Assembly: GCA_040954595.2 (NCBI GenBank) | Contig: CM082589.2 | Coordinates: 10,676,894 to 10,740,893, forward strand | Reading direction: 5' to 3' | From: Balanoglossus misakiensis | Taxonomy: Eukaryota; Animalia; Hemichordata | DNA: 64,000 nt | In this document: piece by piece, positions 13,353-25,283 of the stretch | How positions within the stretch are numbered: position 1 is the stretch's first letter | Layout of the letters: every line of letters begins with the position of its first letter | Notes under the pieces: model-generated | Told to the model about the DNA's origin: nothing | Databases searched by the model: none | Seen by the model: the letters and a program-made list of their open reading frames with translations, nothing else | Program-made: the position numbers and the translations under genes

Positions 13353-13533
13353 TAGGTAACATTGCGATCAACGGCATAATGTTACCCAATTAAGCAACTC
13401 GAAAAGGGGCGCCCTCAACCTCAAACGAGCCTCAAAAATCCCATAATCCATCACTCACGGCCACTTCAAGGGTTCGGAGCGTGTCCTGCAGTGCACGCTC
13501 TCTCTGCCTCAATTTCAATTTCTCACCGTTATT

Positions 13534-16500
13534 ATGGAGAACGCTGAACAACAGCTGCTGGATTTGGGAATAGAGCCCAGTCCAGTCGCCAAAAAGGGAC
13601 CTGCAACTCGCAGTAAGACTACGACAAGAGCATCGACCGGTCGAAAAGTTCGCGTGGTCCCCCCCACCAAACTTTCCAAAGTACCAATGGCGTCAGCTCG
13701 TTCGAAAGGCGGGAAATGTAGCAAACCTGTCAAGGAAGAAGACACTTCATCTGACGGGGAAGATGTGAGGTCAGAGAAAGAGAAGTTGCAGGCGGAGATA
13801 GCGAGACTGCAGGAGCAATCTGAAGTAGACAATTTAAGAAAACAACTAAAAGAAATGAAACTGGAGAAGGAACGACGCAGCCCGCCAGCTGCTTCGAGCG
13901 GAAGTCCCAGAAGTCACGACCTGAGTCAACTCACGCTACCCGATCTCAAGAGGATGGCGAAAGAAGACTCACAATTGCAGTGGTCGTTACCATCAGGCAG
14001 TCCGTGGCTACCAGCGACAGGGGCCGCTGGCGGCGGTGAAGACCTCCAACCGAACCAACTCCTGGCACAGTCCGGTTTATACACAGCAGCGCAGAGCAAA
14101 GCAGGTAACGTACCAATGAAATCGATGCGGTTCAACACCAGAACCGATCGTGTGCGACAGCACGTCCTATGGCCGCACATGTTCGTCAGGGCTCGGACAT
14201 TCTCGGGCGCCCCACCAAAATTCGATGATATGTCAATGGCGGAATTTGTGGAAGGTAATCTCGCGATAGTGCAACTTCCTACTTTGAGTGACACAGAGAA
14301 ACAGCAGCGATTACAACACTTACAGTCGCTTATGAAAGACGCCAATTTGTTCCCCTGGGACGCCATCTTGAAGTTCGAGGGCGCGCTCCTCTCTGACATG
14401 GAGTCAGGACTCAGAACATGGGCAAATGACACCGCAGATCTGAGAGAGCTATATTTGCTGCCGCGTATCGGCGAGATCAGACGGGATAAAACAGCGGACA
14501 AATCCAAAAAGAAGGATCAGATTAATGTATGTTTCAAATACCAAATTAACAAGTGCGAGAAGGAGGATTGCGCATTCAAACACATATGTGAAGCCTGCAT
14601 GAAGTTGCGTAACAACCTGGCCAAGCATCCCAAGATTGCCAGCCCCTGGAAGGATAAGGCCTTTAGAGAGCAAGAGAGCAACAAGTTGACCGATAGTTCT
14701 GGCAAAGCAGAGGTAGATAAGTCTAAACAAGACTCTCATGACTGTGACAGCAATTTAATTCCTAAATTGAACCATAGAGTCAAAAGTGCAGGCACGGAGT
14801 GTAATATCAATGACTTTTATACATTGATGGGCATCACAGATCAGGCAGTGCACAAGTGTGATCGCTCTGTACAAACTGACATGGAGATTGATATTTCAAG
14901 AAGCCTGTCAATGTGCAACCCGGAGGTTTTGCGGGATGCTATTGTTAACCCTAGTAGTATTTCTGAACCAGTGCTTTCGATTGACGAGCCAGTAACATGT
15001 ACCATTGCCAATGTTGCCTCTGAACACACAGGTTGTTTTGATACCTCTGTTAGCAGGGATAATGTTGACAAATACCTTTGTAAAACTCATACAGTTGATT
15101 TGATAGAACCTGATATTGAGACTGATCTTGACAAGCAAATCCCTATTGAATCACTAGCCCATACCGTCGGTGATACCACTGAATTTGCATGTGAGATTAG
15201 CGCTCATGGTTCATCTGACGGTATGATCAGTGATGACCACGATGTCTTTGTTAGTGATATGTTTACTGTGGAAAATGTTCCAAATATGGGGCCTCCCAAC
15301 CCCACCCTTGTTGATCACAGTGTTCCAGACACTTATCCACTGGGCAATGATATGCAGTATTCTGAGTTATCAGATACTCCCGTGGGCGGGGATGTCTGTC
15401 CCCCGTCGTCATGGCCACAAGCGTCACCCCCTGATTTAACAGAAGTTATAACCGTTCATGACATAGTTGTTGAATCAGGTTTACCAAATTCTCAATTTTG
15501 CAGAATACCCGTTTCATCAAATCTTCAAATCCCAATTTGGCGAGCCGAATTGCAGCAATATGATGACAAAATCATCTGCGATTACCTACAATATGGTTGG
15601 CCCGTCTACTATACAGCCTCAGAATTGCCATACTCTACAGTGAAAAACCACCCATCAGCTATAAATTACTCGGCGCATGTCGACAACTGGATCATTAACG
15701 AAGTCGCAGCCGGGGCTACAGCGGGTCCGTTCTTAACTAACCCCCTTGCCACACCACTCAGTACTTCCCCCATTCAGACTGTCGAAAAAAAAGATAGTGT
15801 TAATCGGCGTATAGTCTTTGATCTTAGTTCCCCAATCCACCATTCAGTAAATGACGGTATCCCCAAAGGGGAATATCTTGGGGAGAGTTTTCAGCTTCAA
15901 TATCCTTCCATTGATGATTTCACTGCAATGATGACCCGTAAGGGCAGGGGATGCCTCCTATTTAAGCGCGATTTAAGCAGAGCTTATCGGCAAATACCAG
16001 TCGATCCAGCGGACTACCATTTGCTGGGCTACACGTGGCGTAATTTATTGTTCTTTGACCTTACATTGCCATTTGGCTTGCGAACCGCAGCGCTAGCCTG
16101 CCAGCGCACCACTAATGCGGTTTCTTATATCTATTCCACGAAAGGGTATGACTGTGTTAATTACCTTGACGACTTCGGTGGTGCAGAGACCTCCAACAAA
16201 GCCCACAAGGCATTTGCGGAGCTAGGTGACACGCTGGATAGACTGGGTTTGCAAGAAGCCAAACACAAAGCGGTGCCCCCGTCATCAATCATGACTTTTC
16301 TTGGAATCCAGTTGAACTCCCTTACAATGACTATGGAAGTTACTCCTGACCGGCTTAATGAAATAGAGCAAGAGCTGGGTGTATGGGTCACTAAAACAAA
16401 AGCAACTAAGCGCGAGCTGCAATCACTCATAGGCAAGCTTTCCTTTATTGCCAAATGTGTCAAGCCTGGTAGGCTATTCCTGGCGAGAATGCTAGATGTG

Positions 16501-17106
16501 TTGCGTACCGTCACCCGCAATCACTACCATATCTATCTAAACAGTGATTTCAAGGCAGATCTACGGTGGTGGATTAATTTCATTAGGGTTTATAATGGGG
16601 TGTCTCTCATTAAAGAGTCAGGTTGGTGCCCGCCAGATGAAATATTTTCTTCGGATGCATGCCCAACAGGGGGAGGGGGGCTTTGCGACAACGAGTATTT
16701 CCACGTGGAGTTCCCTGACTTTGTAAAGGTTGGGGACCCTCACATTAATGCCCTCGAATTACTCACTATTACTATAGCGGCAAAAAATTGGGGTGATAGA
16801 TGGTCTGGAAAGAAAATACAGGTCTCTTGCGACAACCAGGCAACAGTTTGGGTCATTAATACCGGTAGAGCTAGGGATAAACTAATGCTGTCTTGCTTGA
16901 GGGAATTATGGCTGGTAGCAGCGATTCACGAGTTTGAGCTACGTGCTGTGCACATCGCAGGCACCGAGAACCGGCTGGCTGATGCGCTCAGTCGCTGGCA
17001 TCTTGACCCAAGTTATGAGCAACTCTTCAAATCATCTGTTAATATTTCTCAAATGACCGAGCACCCAGTCGCCGAGGATGACATTCGCTTTCTCAATGAG
17101 TGGTGA
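13534..17106 (+). CDS. Ngaro gag-RT-RNase H polyprotein (1190 aa), intact
   Basis: Coiled coil and CCCH finger (CFKYQINKC..C..KHICEAC); RT motifs DLSRAYRQIP, LPFGL, YLDDF, FLGI; RNase H motifs SDAC, HINALEL, CDN, NRLADALSR. Confidence 0.95.
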   Translation: MENAEQQLLDLGIEPSPVAKKGPATRSKTTTRASTGRKVRVVPPTKLSKVPMASARSKGGKCSKPVKEEDTSSDGEDVRSEKEKLQAEIARLQEQSEVDNLRKQLKEMKLEKERRSPPAASSGSPRSHDLSQLTLPDLKRMAKEDSQLQWSLPSGSPWLPATGAAGGGEDLQPNQLLAQSGLYTAAQSKAGNVPMKSMRFNTRTDRVRQHVLWPHMFVRARTFSGAPPKFDDMSMAEFVEGNLAIVQLPTLSDTEKQQRLQHLQSLMKDANLFPWDAILKFEGALLSDMESGLRTWANDTADLRELYLLPRIGEIRRDKTADKSKKKDQINVCFKYQINKCEKEDCAFKHICEACMKLRNNLAKHPKIASPWKDKAFREQESNKLTDSSGKAEVDKSKQDSHDCDSNLIPKLNHRVKSAGTECNINDFYTLMGITDQAVHKCDRSVQTDMEIDISRSLSMCNPEVLRDAIVNPSSISEPVLSIDEPVTCTIANVASEHTGCFDTSVSRDNVDKYLCKTHTVDLIEPDIETDLDKQIPIESLAHTVGDTTEFACEISAHGSSDGMISDDHDVFVSDMFTVENVPNMGPPNPTLVDHSVPDTYPLGNDMQYSELSDTPVGGDVCPPSSWPQASPPDLTEVITVHDIVVESGLPNSQFCRIPVSSNLQIPIWRAELQQYDDKIICDYLQYGWPVYYTASELPYSTVKNHPSAINYSAHVDNWIINEVAAGATAGPFLTNPLATPLSTSPIQTVEKKDSVNRRIVFDLSSPIHHSVNDGIPKGEYLGESFQLQYPSIDDFTAMMTRKGRGCLLFKRDLSRAYRQIPVDPADYHLLGYTWRNLLFFDLTLPFGLRTAALACQRTTNAVSYIYSTKGYDCVNYLDDFGGAETSNKAHKAFAELGDTLDRLGLQEAKHKAVPPSSIMTFLGIQLNSLTMTMEVTPDRLNEIEQELGVWVTKTKATKRELQSLIGKLSFIAKCVKPGRLFLARMLDVLRTVTRNHYHIYLNSDFKADLRWWINFIRVYNGVSLIKESGWCPPDEIFSSDACPTGGGGLCDNEYFHVEFPDFVKVGDPHINALELLTITIAAKNWGDRWSGKKIQVSCDNQATVWVINTGRARDKLMLSCLRELWLVAAIHEFELRAVHIAGTENRLADALSRWHLDPSYEQLFKSSVNISQMTEHPVAEDDIRFLNEW

Positions 17107-18125
17107 CTGATTTTATTTTTATTTCAGATCACTGCCAAACTATCCAAGCCTTAGACGCTCAAATCGCTATCTCAATGAGGTCAGCATTAGCGGAAGGAAC
17201 TCGTCGGAATTTGTCGTCACAGTTGAAGAGTTACTTCCTGTTTTGTCAGTTTTTCAATTTTACTCCTGTTCCAGCATCTGTTCTTACAGTGTGTAGATTT
17301 ATCCAGTTTCTTGCAAGATCAGTAACTGCTACTGGCACCATTCAGAATTATTTGTACGCAATTCGTACCTTGCATAGAATCCATGGCTTCACGCCATTGG
17401 CCGCTGATCAGTATGTTGTCAAATTACTTTTGAAATGTCTTTCCCGTAGCACTTTCCAGCCAGTGAGGCAGAAATTACCCATCACCCCCCAGTTGTTGCT
17501 ACAGTTTTTCGGGCTTCTAGATGTGGCTGTTCCATTCGATGTTACTTTGTGGGCATGCCTTTTGATAGGGTTTTTCTCCTTTTTTCGCAAGTCAAATCTT
17601 GTTCCGAAGTCTGCAACCGACTTTGATCCGGCTAAACACCTCTGTAGGGGTAAAGTCATTTCCTCAGATTCTGGCCTTATAATCGGTGTGACTTGGTCAA
17701 AAACCATTCAGTTTCGCGAACGCTGTTTGACTATTCCACTTGCCCACATTCCAGGTTCGGTGTTGTGCCCTTTACAGGCATTCAATCACATGTGTGAGAT
17801 CATCCCAGCCCCACCCTCTAGCCCAGCATTTGTTTTTCCCAAATGTGGCAAATTGGTCCCCTTGACCCATTCAGGGCTGGTGAAAAGTATCAAATGTTTA
17901 GTTCAGAGGGCAGGCTTTCCTGCTGACATGTACTCAGGTCACAGCCTCCGTCGTGGGGGTGCAACCTTTGCATTCGAAAGTGGGGTCCCTGGGGAGCTTA
18001 TCAAACTCCAAGGGGATTGGCAATCCAGCGCGTATCTCCGTTATCTTAACATTCCATTTCAGACTCGTTATCTGGTGTCCTTTCAAATGGGTCAGCATCT
18101 TAAAGACATCTCCGCGTCACACTGA
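17100..18125 (+). CDS. Tyrosine recombinase of Ngaro copy 2
   Basis: Same R-K-HxxR-W-Y motifs as copy 1, with only a few substitutions. Confidence 0.93.
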   Translation: MVTDFIFISDHCQTIQALDAQIAISMRSALAEGTRRNLSSQLKSYFLFCQFFNFTPVPASVLTVCRFIQFLARSVTATGTIQNYLYAIRTLHRIHGFTPLAADQYVVKLLLKCLSRSTFQPVRQKLPITPQLLLQFFGLLDVAVPFDVTLWACLLIGFFSFFRKSNLVPKSATDFDPAKHLCRGKVISSDSGLIIGVTWSKTIQFRERCLTIPLAHIPGSVLCPLQAFNHMCEIIPAPPSSPAFVFPKCGKLVPLTHSGLVKSIKCLVQRAGFPADMYSGHSLRRGGATFAFESGVPGELIKLQGDWQSSAYLRYLNIPFQTRYLVSFQMGQHLKDISASH

Positions 18126-21100
18126 TTTTACTGTGGCACTAGCAGAGAGGCGGACCGGGTTTGGCAGTGGTTGGGCCTGCAAGAGCCCCCAGTTCACGTA
18201 AATAAATAATGGCTCTTGCCTTCAGCTGCCAAACCTGTGTCCTTGGTTTGTGTGTTAGAGAGATCTCAAGTAATTTAGGTAACATTGCGATCAACGGCAT
18301 AATGTTACCCAATTTAGCAACTCGAAAAGGGGCGCCCTCAACCTCAAACGAGCCTCAAAAATCCCATAATCCATCACTCACGACCACTTCAAGGGTTCTG
18401 AGCGTGTCCTGCAATGCTCGCTCTCTCTGCCTCAATTTCCCCACCCGCCCGCCCTCAACAAATAAGATGTGTATTTGCAGATTTACAGTGGTTCTCTGGT
18501 CAATACTGTACTTCACGATTGTAACCTTTTTCATCCATGTATTTTGCAATGGTCCTTTCATCATTGCGAGTTGTTATTCCCAGTTGTGTTGGGCCTGCAA
18601 GAGCACCCAGTTCACGTAAATAAATAATGGCTCTTGCCTTCAGCTGCCAAACCTGTGTCCTTGTTTTGTGTGTTAGAGAGATCTCAAATAATTGGGGAAA
18701 ATCATTAAAAAATGACAAATTATCGACTTTGCAAAATCTCACAATTTCGTCGATTTTTGAAAAAAACCATTGGGGGAAAATCATCAAAAAATGACAAATT
18801 ATCGACTTTGCAAAATCTCAACATTTCGTCGATTTTTGAAAAAAATCATGGGTGAAAATCATCAAAAAATGACAAATTTTCGACTTTGCAAAATCTCAAA
18901 ATTTCGTCGATTTTGAAAAAAATCATAGGTTCGTCGATTTAAAAAAAAAAACATGGGTGAAAATCATCAAAAAATGACAAATTTTCGACTTTGCAAAATC
19001 TCACAATTTCGTCGATTTTTGAAAAAAATCATGGGAGAAAATCATCAAAAAATGACAAATTTTCGACTTTGCAAAATCTCAACATTTCGTCGATTTTTGA
19101 AAAAAATCATAGGTGAAAATCATCAAAAAATGACAAATTTTTGACTGCAAAATCTCAACATTTCGTCGATTTTTGAAAAAAATCATGGATGAAAATCATC
19201 AAAAAATGACAAATTTTCGACTTTGCAAAATCTCAACATTTCGTCGATTTTTGAAAAAAATCTTGGGTGAAAATCATCAAAAAATGACAAATTTTCGACT
19301 TTGCAAAATCTCAACATTTCGTCGATTTTTGAAAAAAATCATGGGTGAAAATCATCAAAAAATGACAAATTTTCGACTTTGCAAAATCTCAAAATTTCGT
19401 CAATTTTTGAAAAAATCATGGGTGAAAATCATCAAAAAATGACAAAATTTTCGACTTTGCAAAATCTCAAAATTTCGTCGATTTTTGAAAAAAATCATGG
19501 GTGAAAATCATCAAAAAATGACAAATTTTCGACTTTGCAAAATCTCAACATTTCGTCGATTTTTGAAAAAAATCATGGGTGAAAATCATCAAAAAATGAC
19601 AAATTTTCGACTTTGCAAAATCTCAAAATTTCGTCCATTTTTGAAAAAAAATCATGGGTAAAAATCATCAAAAAATGACAAATTTTTGACTTTGCAAAAT
19701 CTCACAATTTCGTCGATTTTTGAAAAAAATCATGGGTGAAAATCATCAAAAAATGACAAATTTTCGACTTTGCAAATTCTCAAAATTTCGTCGATTTTAA
19801 AAAAAAACATGGGGGAAAATCATCAAAAAATGACAAATTATCGACTTTGCAAAATCTCACAATTTCGTCGATTTTTGAAAAAAATCATGGGTGAAAATCA
19901 TCAAAAAATGACAAATTTTCGACTTTGCAAAATCTCAACATTTCGTCGATTTTTGAAAAAAATCATGGGTGAAAATCATCAAAAAATGACAAATTTTCGA
20001 CTTTGCAAAATCTCAAAATTTCGTCCGTTTTTGAAAAAAAATCATGGGTAAAAATCATCAAAAAATGACAAATTTTCGTCTATGCAAAATCTCAAAATTT
20101 CGTCGGTTTTTGAAAAATAATATGGTTGAAAATCATCAAAAAATGACAAAATTATCGACTTTGCAAAATCTCACAATTTCGTCGATTTTTGAAAAAAATC
20201 ATGGGTGAAAATCATCAAAAAATGACAAATTTTCGACTTTGCAAAATCTCAAAATTTCGTCGATTTAAAAAAAAATCATAGGTTCGTCGATTTAAAAAAA
20301 AACATGGGTGAAAATCATCAAAAAATGACAAATTTTCGACTTTGCAAAATCTCACAATTTCGTCGATTTTTGAAAAAAATCATAGGTGAAAATCATCAAA
20401 AAATGACAAATTTTTGACTGCAAAATCTCAACATTTCGTCGATTTTTGAAAAAAATCATGGATGAAAATCATCAAAAAATGACAAATTTTCGACTTTGCA
20501 AAATCTCAACATTTCGTCGATTTTTGAAAAAAATCTTGGGTGAAAATCATCAAAAAATGACAAATTTTCGACTTTGCAAAATCTCAACATTTCGTCGATT
20601 TTTGAAAAAAATCATGGGTGAAAATCATCAAAAAATGACAAATTTTCGACTTTGCAAAATCTCAAAATTTCGTCAATTTTTGAAAAAATCATGGGTGAAA
20701 ATCATCAAAAAATGACAAAATTTTCGACTTTGCAAAATCTCAAAATTTCGTCGATTTTGAAAAAAATCATAGGTTCGTCTTTTTTTTTAAAAAAAAACAT
20801 GGATGAAAATCATCAAAAAATGACAAATTTTTGACTTTGCAAAATCTCACAATTTCGTCGATTTTTGAAAAAAATCATGGGTGAAAATCATCAAAAAATG
20901 ACAAATTTTCGACTTTGCAAATTCTCAAAATTTCGTCGATTTTAAAAAAAAACATGGGGGAAAATCATCAAAAAATGACAAATTATCGACTTTGCAAAAT
21001 CTCACAATTTCGTCGATTTTTGAAAAAAATCATGGGTGAAAATCATCAAAAAATGACAAATTTTCGACTTTGCAAAATCTCAACATTTCGTCGATTTTGA

Positions 21101-22829
21101 AAAAAAATCATAGGTTCGTCGTTTTTTTAAAAAAAAAACATGGGTGAAAATCATCAAAAAATGACAAATTTTTGACTTTGCAAAATCTCACAATTTCGTC
21201 GATTTTTTAAAAAAATTAGGGGTGAAAATCATCAAAAAATGACAAATTTTCGACTTTGCAAAATCTCAAAATTTCGTCCATTTTAAAAAAAAAACATGGG
21301 GGAAAATCATCAAAAAATGACAAATTTTCGACTTTGCAAAATCTCAAAATTTCGTCGATTTTGAAAAAAACCATTGGGGGAAAATCATCAAATAATGACA
21401 AATTATCGACTTTGCAAAATCTCACAATTTCGTCGATTTTGGAAAAAAATCATGGGTGAAAATCATCAAAAAATTACAAATTTTCGACTTTGCAAAATCT
21501 CAACATTTCGTCGATTTTTGAAAAAAATCATGGGTGAAAATAATCAAAAAATGACAAATTTTCGACTTTGCAAAATCTCAAAATTTCGTCCATTTTAAAA
21601 AAAAAACATGGGGGAAAATCATCAAAAAATGACAAATTTTCGACTTTGCAAATTCTCAAAATTTCGTCGATTTTGAAAAAAACCATTGGGGGAAAATCAA
21701 CAAAAAATGACAAATTATCGACTTTGCAAAATCTCACAATTTCGTCGATTTTTGAAAAAAATCATGGGTGAAAATCATCAAAAAATGACAAATTTTCGAC
21801 TTTGCAAAATCTCAACATTTCGTCGATTTTTGAAAAAAATCATGGGTGAAAATCATCAAAAAATGACAAATTTTCGACTTTGCAAAATCTCAAAATTTCG
21901 TCCATTTTTGAAAAAAAATCATGGGTTAAAATCATCAAAAAATGACAAATTTTCGTCTTTGCAAAATCTCAAAATTTCGTCCATTTTAAAAAAAAAACAT
22001 GGGTGAAAATCATCAAAAAATGACAAATTTTCGACTGCAAAATTTCAAAATTTCGTCGGTTTTTGAAAAATAATATGGGTGAAAATCATCAAAAATAGCG
22101 TCAAGGACACTGTGGTCCCATTTAAACAGTGGAGTACGGAGATGAGGGGTGCCACAGTAGCAGAGGTAGGTAAGGCATCCAGTGTCTATTTTGCTGAATT
22201 GGGCAGCATACTGAAATTCAATGTTTAAGCACGAAAGAAGGGAGCAGGCAGTGTACGTTTTCTGTAGTTTAATTATAAATCATGTAAAGTAATAAATATA
22301 ACAATGGGAATGAGTTGTGTTGCATATAAATTGTTTTAAAGAAATGAAATTGAATGACGCAATAAAAAATGTAATGGAAGCAGTAAAAAATGTCAAAGTA
22401 AATAAAGAGAACAGTAACAAGTATAAATTATGTTGAATGGTACAAAATACTAAAGAAATGTTAAATATAAAATGTATCACTGAAGAACGTGTAAACTGAA
22501 ATAAAAAAATCATTGGAAAAAATGTCTAATTAAATGAAGCAGTCAAAAATTGTCTAACCTAGGGGAAAAAAACAGTGAAAAATGTCAAATCAAGTAGAGA
22601 AATGTGAATGTCACATAAAAAAAAGGCAAGAAAGAAAATGACAAACTGAACAAATAACTAAAAGCATGTGAAATAAAAAGAATGTGTCACTAAAAAATGT
22701 CTTCAAGTGTAATAAAAAAAGCAGGGAAGGAAATGTTATAATGAATGAATGGAGGGAGCGCTGGTAAAGTGTGTAATCGGGAAAGGGTTGTGGAATGGAG
22801 AGCAAATGAAGGCAGTACGTTGAAAAACA

Positions 22830-25283
22830 CTAGTTTTTGAAAGTGGTGATGGTGTTGGCAGAGTTGGCCTTAAATTGGAGCTCGCGTCCATCGCAGATGT
22901 CGGTGACGGCGTCCTGCAGTTGTTTCTGGGTGGTGTTGACGGGGTTAATGGAGAATTTTCTGAGTAAATACTTGGTCTCCTTTGGGTAGATCTTGTATGT
23001 GTCAAGGTCATCACCGGTTTGTATTAAGAGGGAAAGTATTGTGCCTGGTCTGCAGGATGGGCTTTTATTCTTTCTGCAGAAACGACATCTGAAAGAAATG
23101 AGAAATAGGCAATGTTGAAGTTGGTGGAATAAATATGTTGATTGCTGGCTGATGTGGAAAGGGTGTAACATGCAGTAATGTGGAAGAATATAAGTATTGA
23201 AGTAAAGTTGAATAAGGGATGTTACGGATGTCATGTGAATATTTAGTTGTAAGGAAGCCAATTGGATTGTTGGGATATAAGGAAGAGATGTTATTGAGTG
23301 GCTGTGCACTGGTAAATTTTTCCAGCGGAATGGCTTATGTCTGAAAATGGGACATTGCATGAAAAAACTGCTATGTATAGCTCAGCTGGTGTCTGCACAC
23401 AAGGTATTGAGGGGCTGGTGGTAAGTGCGGATGAAGAGGAATTTTGGATTACCTGTTGCTGTCATTGAGAAATCCATTGCACCGAGGCGCATCTGCACAT
23501 AAGAGAACTCTCTGTAGATTGGAGAGCCCTTGTAATGTCCCGGTTGTCCAGTTTGAGCTGTCATCGGAATCCGCCGATAAGGTGTCTGTAGTGTTTTGGT
23601 GTGATAGGGTTTCATGAGCCTGAAATAGAATTAGGGAAAGATTAGATTACCTGCGTGTGTTTTTGATAAATGAAGCTGTGGTTCGTGTGTCTGGAAATGT
23701 AGATGCTGAATTGGATGTTTGAAGAACTGAATAATGACAACAGCGGATAATATATGTTGTCTACTATTATGTTGAATAATGTAGCTCTGAGGAAGAAGCT
23801 TTGATTGCAAAACAAAGTACTGAACGCATTTGGAAAAGTGGAAACGAAAGTTTGGAATAGTATTGAAATGTTACTTGTGGATTCACTATATGTTGTCATG
23901 GGCAAAGAAAAAGAAATGTGAATATTGTAATGAATTGTTTGAGCAGGGAATACAGGAAAAACAGTGGACAGTTTCAGTATAGTCAAGTTGTTTGTAGTGA
24001 ACATAATACCTGAAAACGAAAGGGGTGGTACCAGGACAATTTCCTGTTGGTATACACTGTATAGTGTATTGTATTGACTGATCAGTGAAGTACTTACCGA
24101 TACTGATATTGTGGTGGATTGCCTGGATGTGAGGCGGTTGTTGAACGAGGCAGCTTTCTTCACATTGGTAATAGTTATAACATCACCAGTGGTGAGCTCA
24201 CACTTCGTAAGATCTCCCCATACGGTTAGTTTGTACACCCCTGAGCTGTCTCCAAGTCCAATAGTTCTGCGTGGTAATTTGCCGTACCGGGTGTGGGTGG
24301 CTTTGGTGTTTTGAACCTAAAAGACAGAAGAAGTAATAAACAAATGGAAAACGGTAAAGAGTGTACCATGAGGTTTGTGAGATGAACGGTCGGGAAAAGG
24401 TGAGGTGGGGGTAGAAGTCAATAGGAAACGGACCTTTCTACCCTTCGAGGTCGATAGGGAACGGACCCCTCTCCTGTGCATCGAGGGATCTTCACGACGT
24501 GGAATAGCATTGCATACGCGGTTGTTCGGTGTACGGTACGTGACCAGCTGTGGTGAAGGTCGTGTAACGTCGGGAAAACGAAGACGGTCATTGTATATAT
24601 GGGTAACAGAGGAGTGAATGAAGTCAATAAAGCGTAAGCGAAATGTTCGTGATCTTGTGGAAAACACGACTACGTCAATTAAAGTAACGTGTTGGTGTTG
24701 ATTTGTGGCAGAGTTTATTCGTGACAATGGAAGTGGGCGGGTAATCCGATTACGTGAGATTGTTGTTGGCCGCGAAATATCTAGGGCGAAAATGGGTGAA
24801 TTGTGAAATGAGTGAGCATTTTAAGTGTAAACTTACCCTTACTACAGTTCCTGATATGTTGTGATAATTGGTGTTGTCGGCAATTGCTGCGGCCATAGTG
24901 ACAACAGCAGCAGTGGGTGCTTGCTCTGTCATGCGACAGCGAAGTCCGTGAGCCTCGGTTGCGACACTTTCAGGAATGTTGAGGTTCACTCTATTAACAG
25001 CCAAGGTGGAGCCTTGGTTGATGGAAATCCCGTTGGAACGCACGTAAATTTTCGGACCAAGAAATAGTGTACTTCCTTCATTTGCTCTCAATAAAGACAA
25101 CGTGTCTTCTCTGGTTGACCAGATATACAGAGTGGTGGCAGCGGTGTGGTCTGCCACCACAGCCCGTTTAAATTTTTCGTTGGTCGAGGTATTTTCATAG
25201 TAGATTAGTTTAACTTGAGTGGTAACATCGTGGTAGGTGTTGGTCTCTTTCTGGCTTAATTCTTTTAGTGTTGATTTTGGCAT
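22830..25283 (-). CDS. Helentron-borne RPA70-like OB-fold ssDNA-binding protein, 4 coding exons: 25283-24837, 24316-24098, 23619-23453, 23088-22830 (363 aa)
   Basis: All introns are GT-AG and the phases join (0,0,2) into one open frame. OB-fold-like segments AVVADHTAATTLYIW and IGLGDSSGVYKLTVWGDL..LTTGDVITITNVK. Zinc ribbon CADAPRC..CRFC is formed across intron 3, as in the RPA70 DBD-C domain. Confidence 0.75.

Larger units (their letters stand above)
7697..18693 (+). mobile_element. Ngaro-type (DIRS order) tyrosine-recombinase retrotransposon, tandem dimer A1-ORFs-B1-A1-ORFs-B1-A2-spacer-B2
   Basis: Split direct repeats: A (164 bp) at 7697, 13353 and 18276; B (106 bp) at 13247, 18170 and 18588. 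Order is gag(CCCH)-RT-RNase H, then YR. No methyltransferase domain seen. No TSD: the satellite resumes as aaaatcatg|ggggaaaatc. Confidence 0.9.

Noticed and set aside
7697-18693. LTR retrotransposon or DIRS1-type element
   Set aside because: No DDE integrase, protease, TSD, inverted terminal repeats or methyltransferase; split direct repeats plus YR fit Ngaro.
1974-22006. Many MGENHQKMTNFRLCK ORFs
   Set aside because: They are translations of the 78-bp satellite and are constantly frameshifted by A-run length changes.
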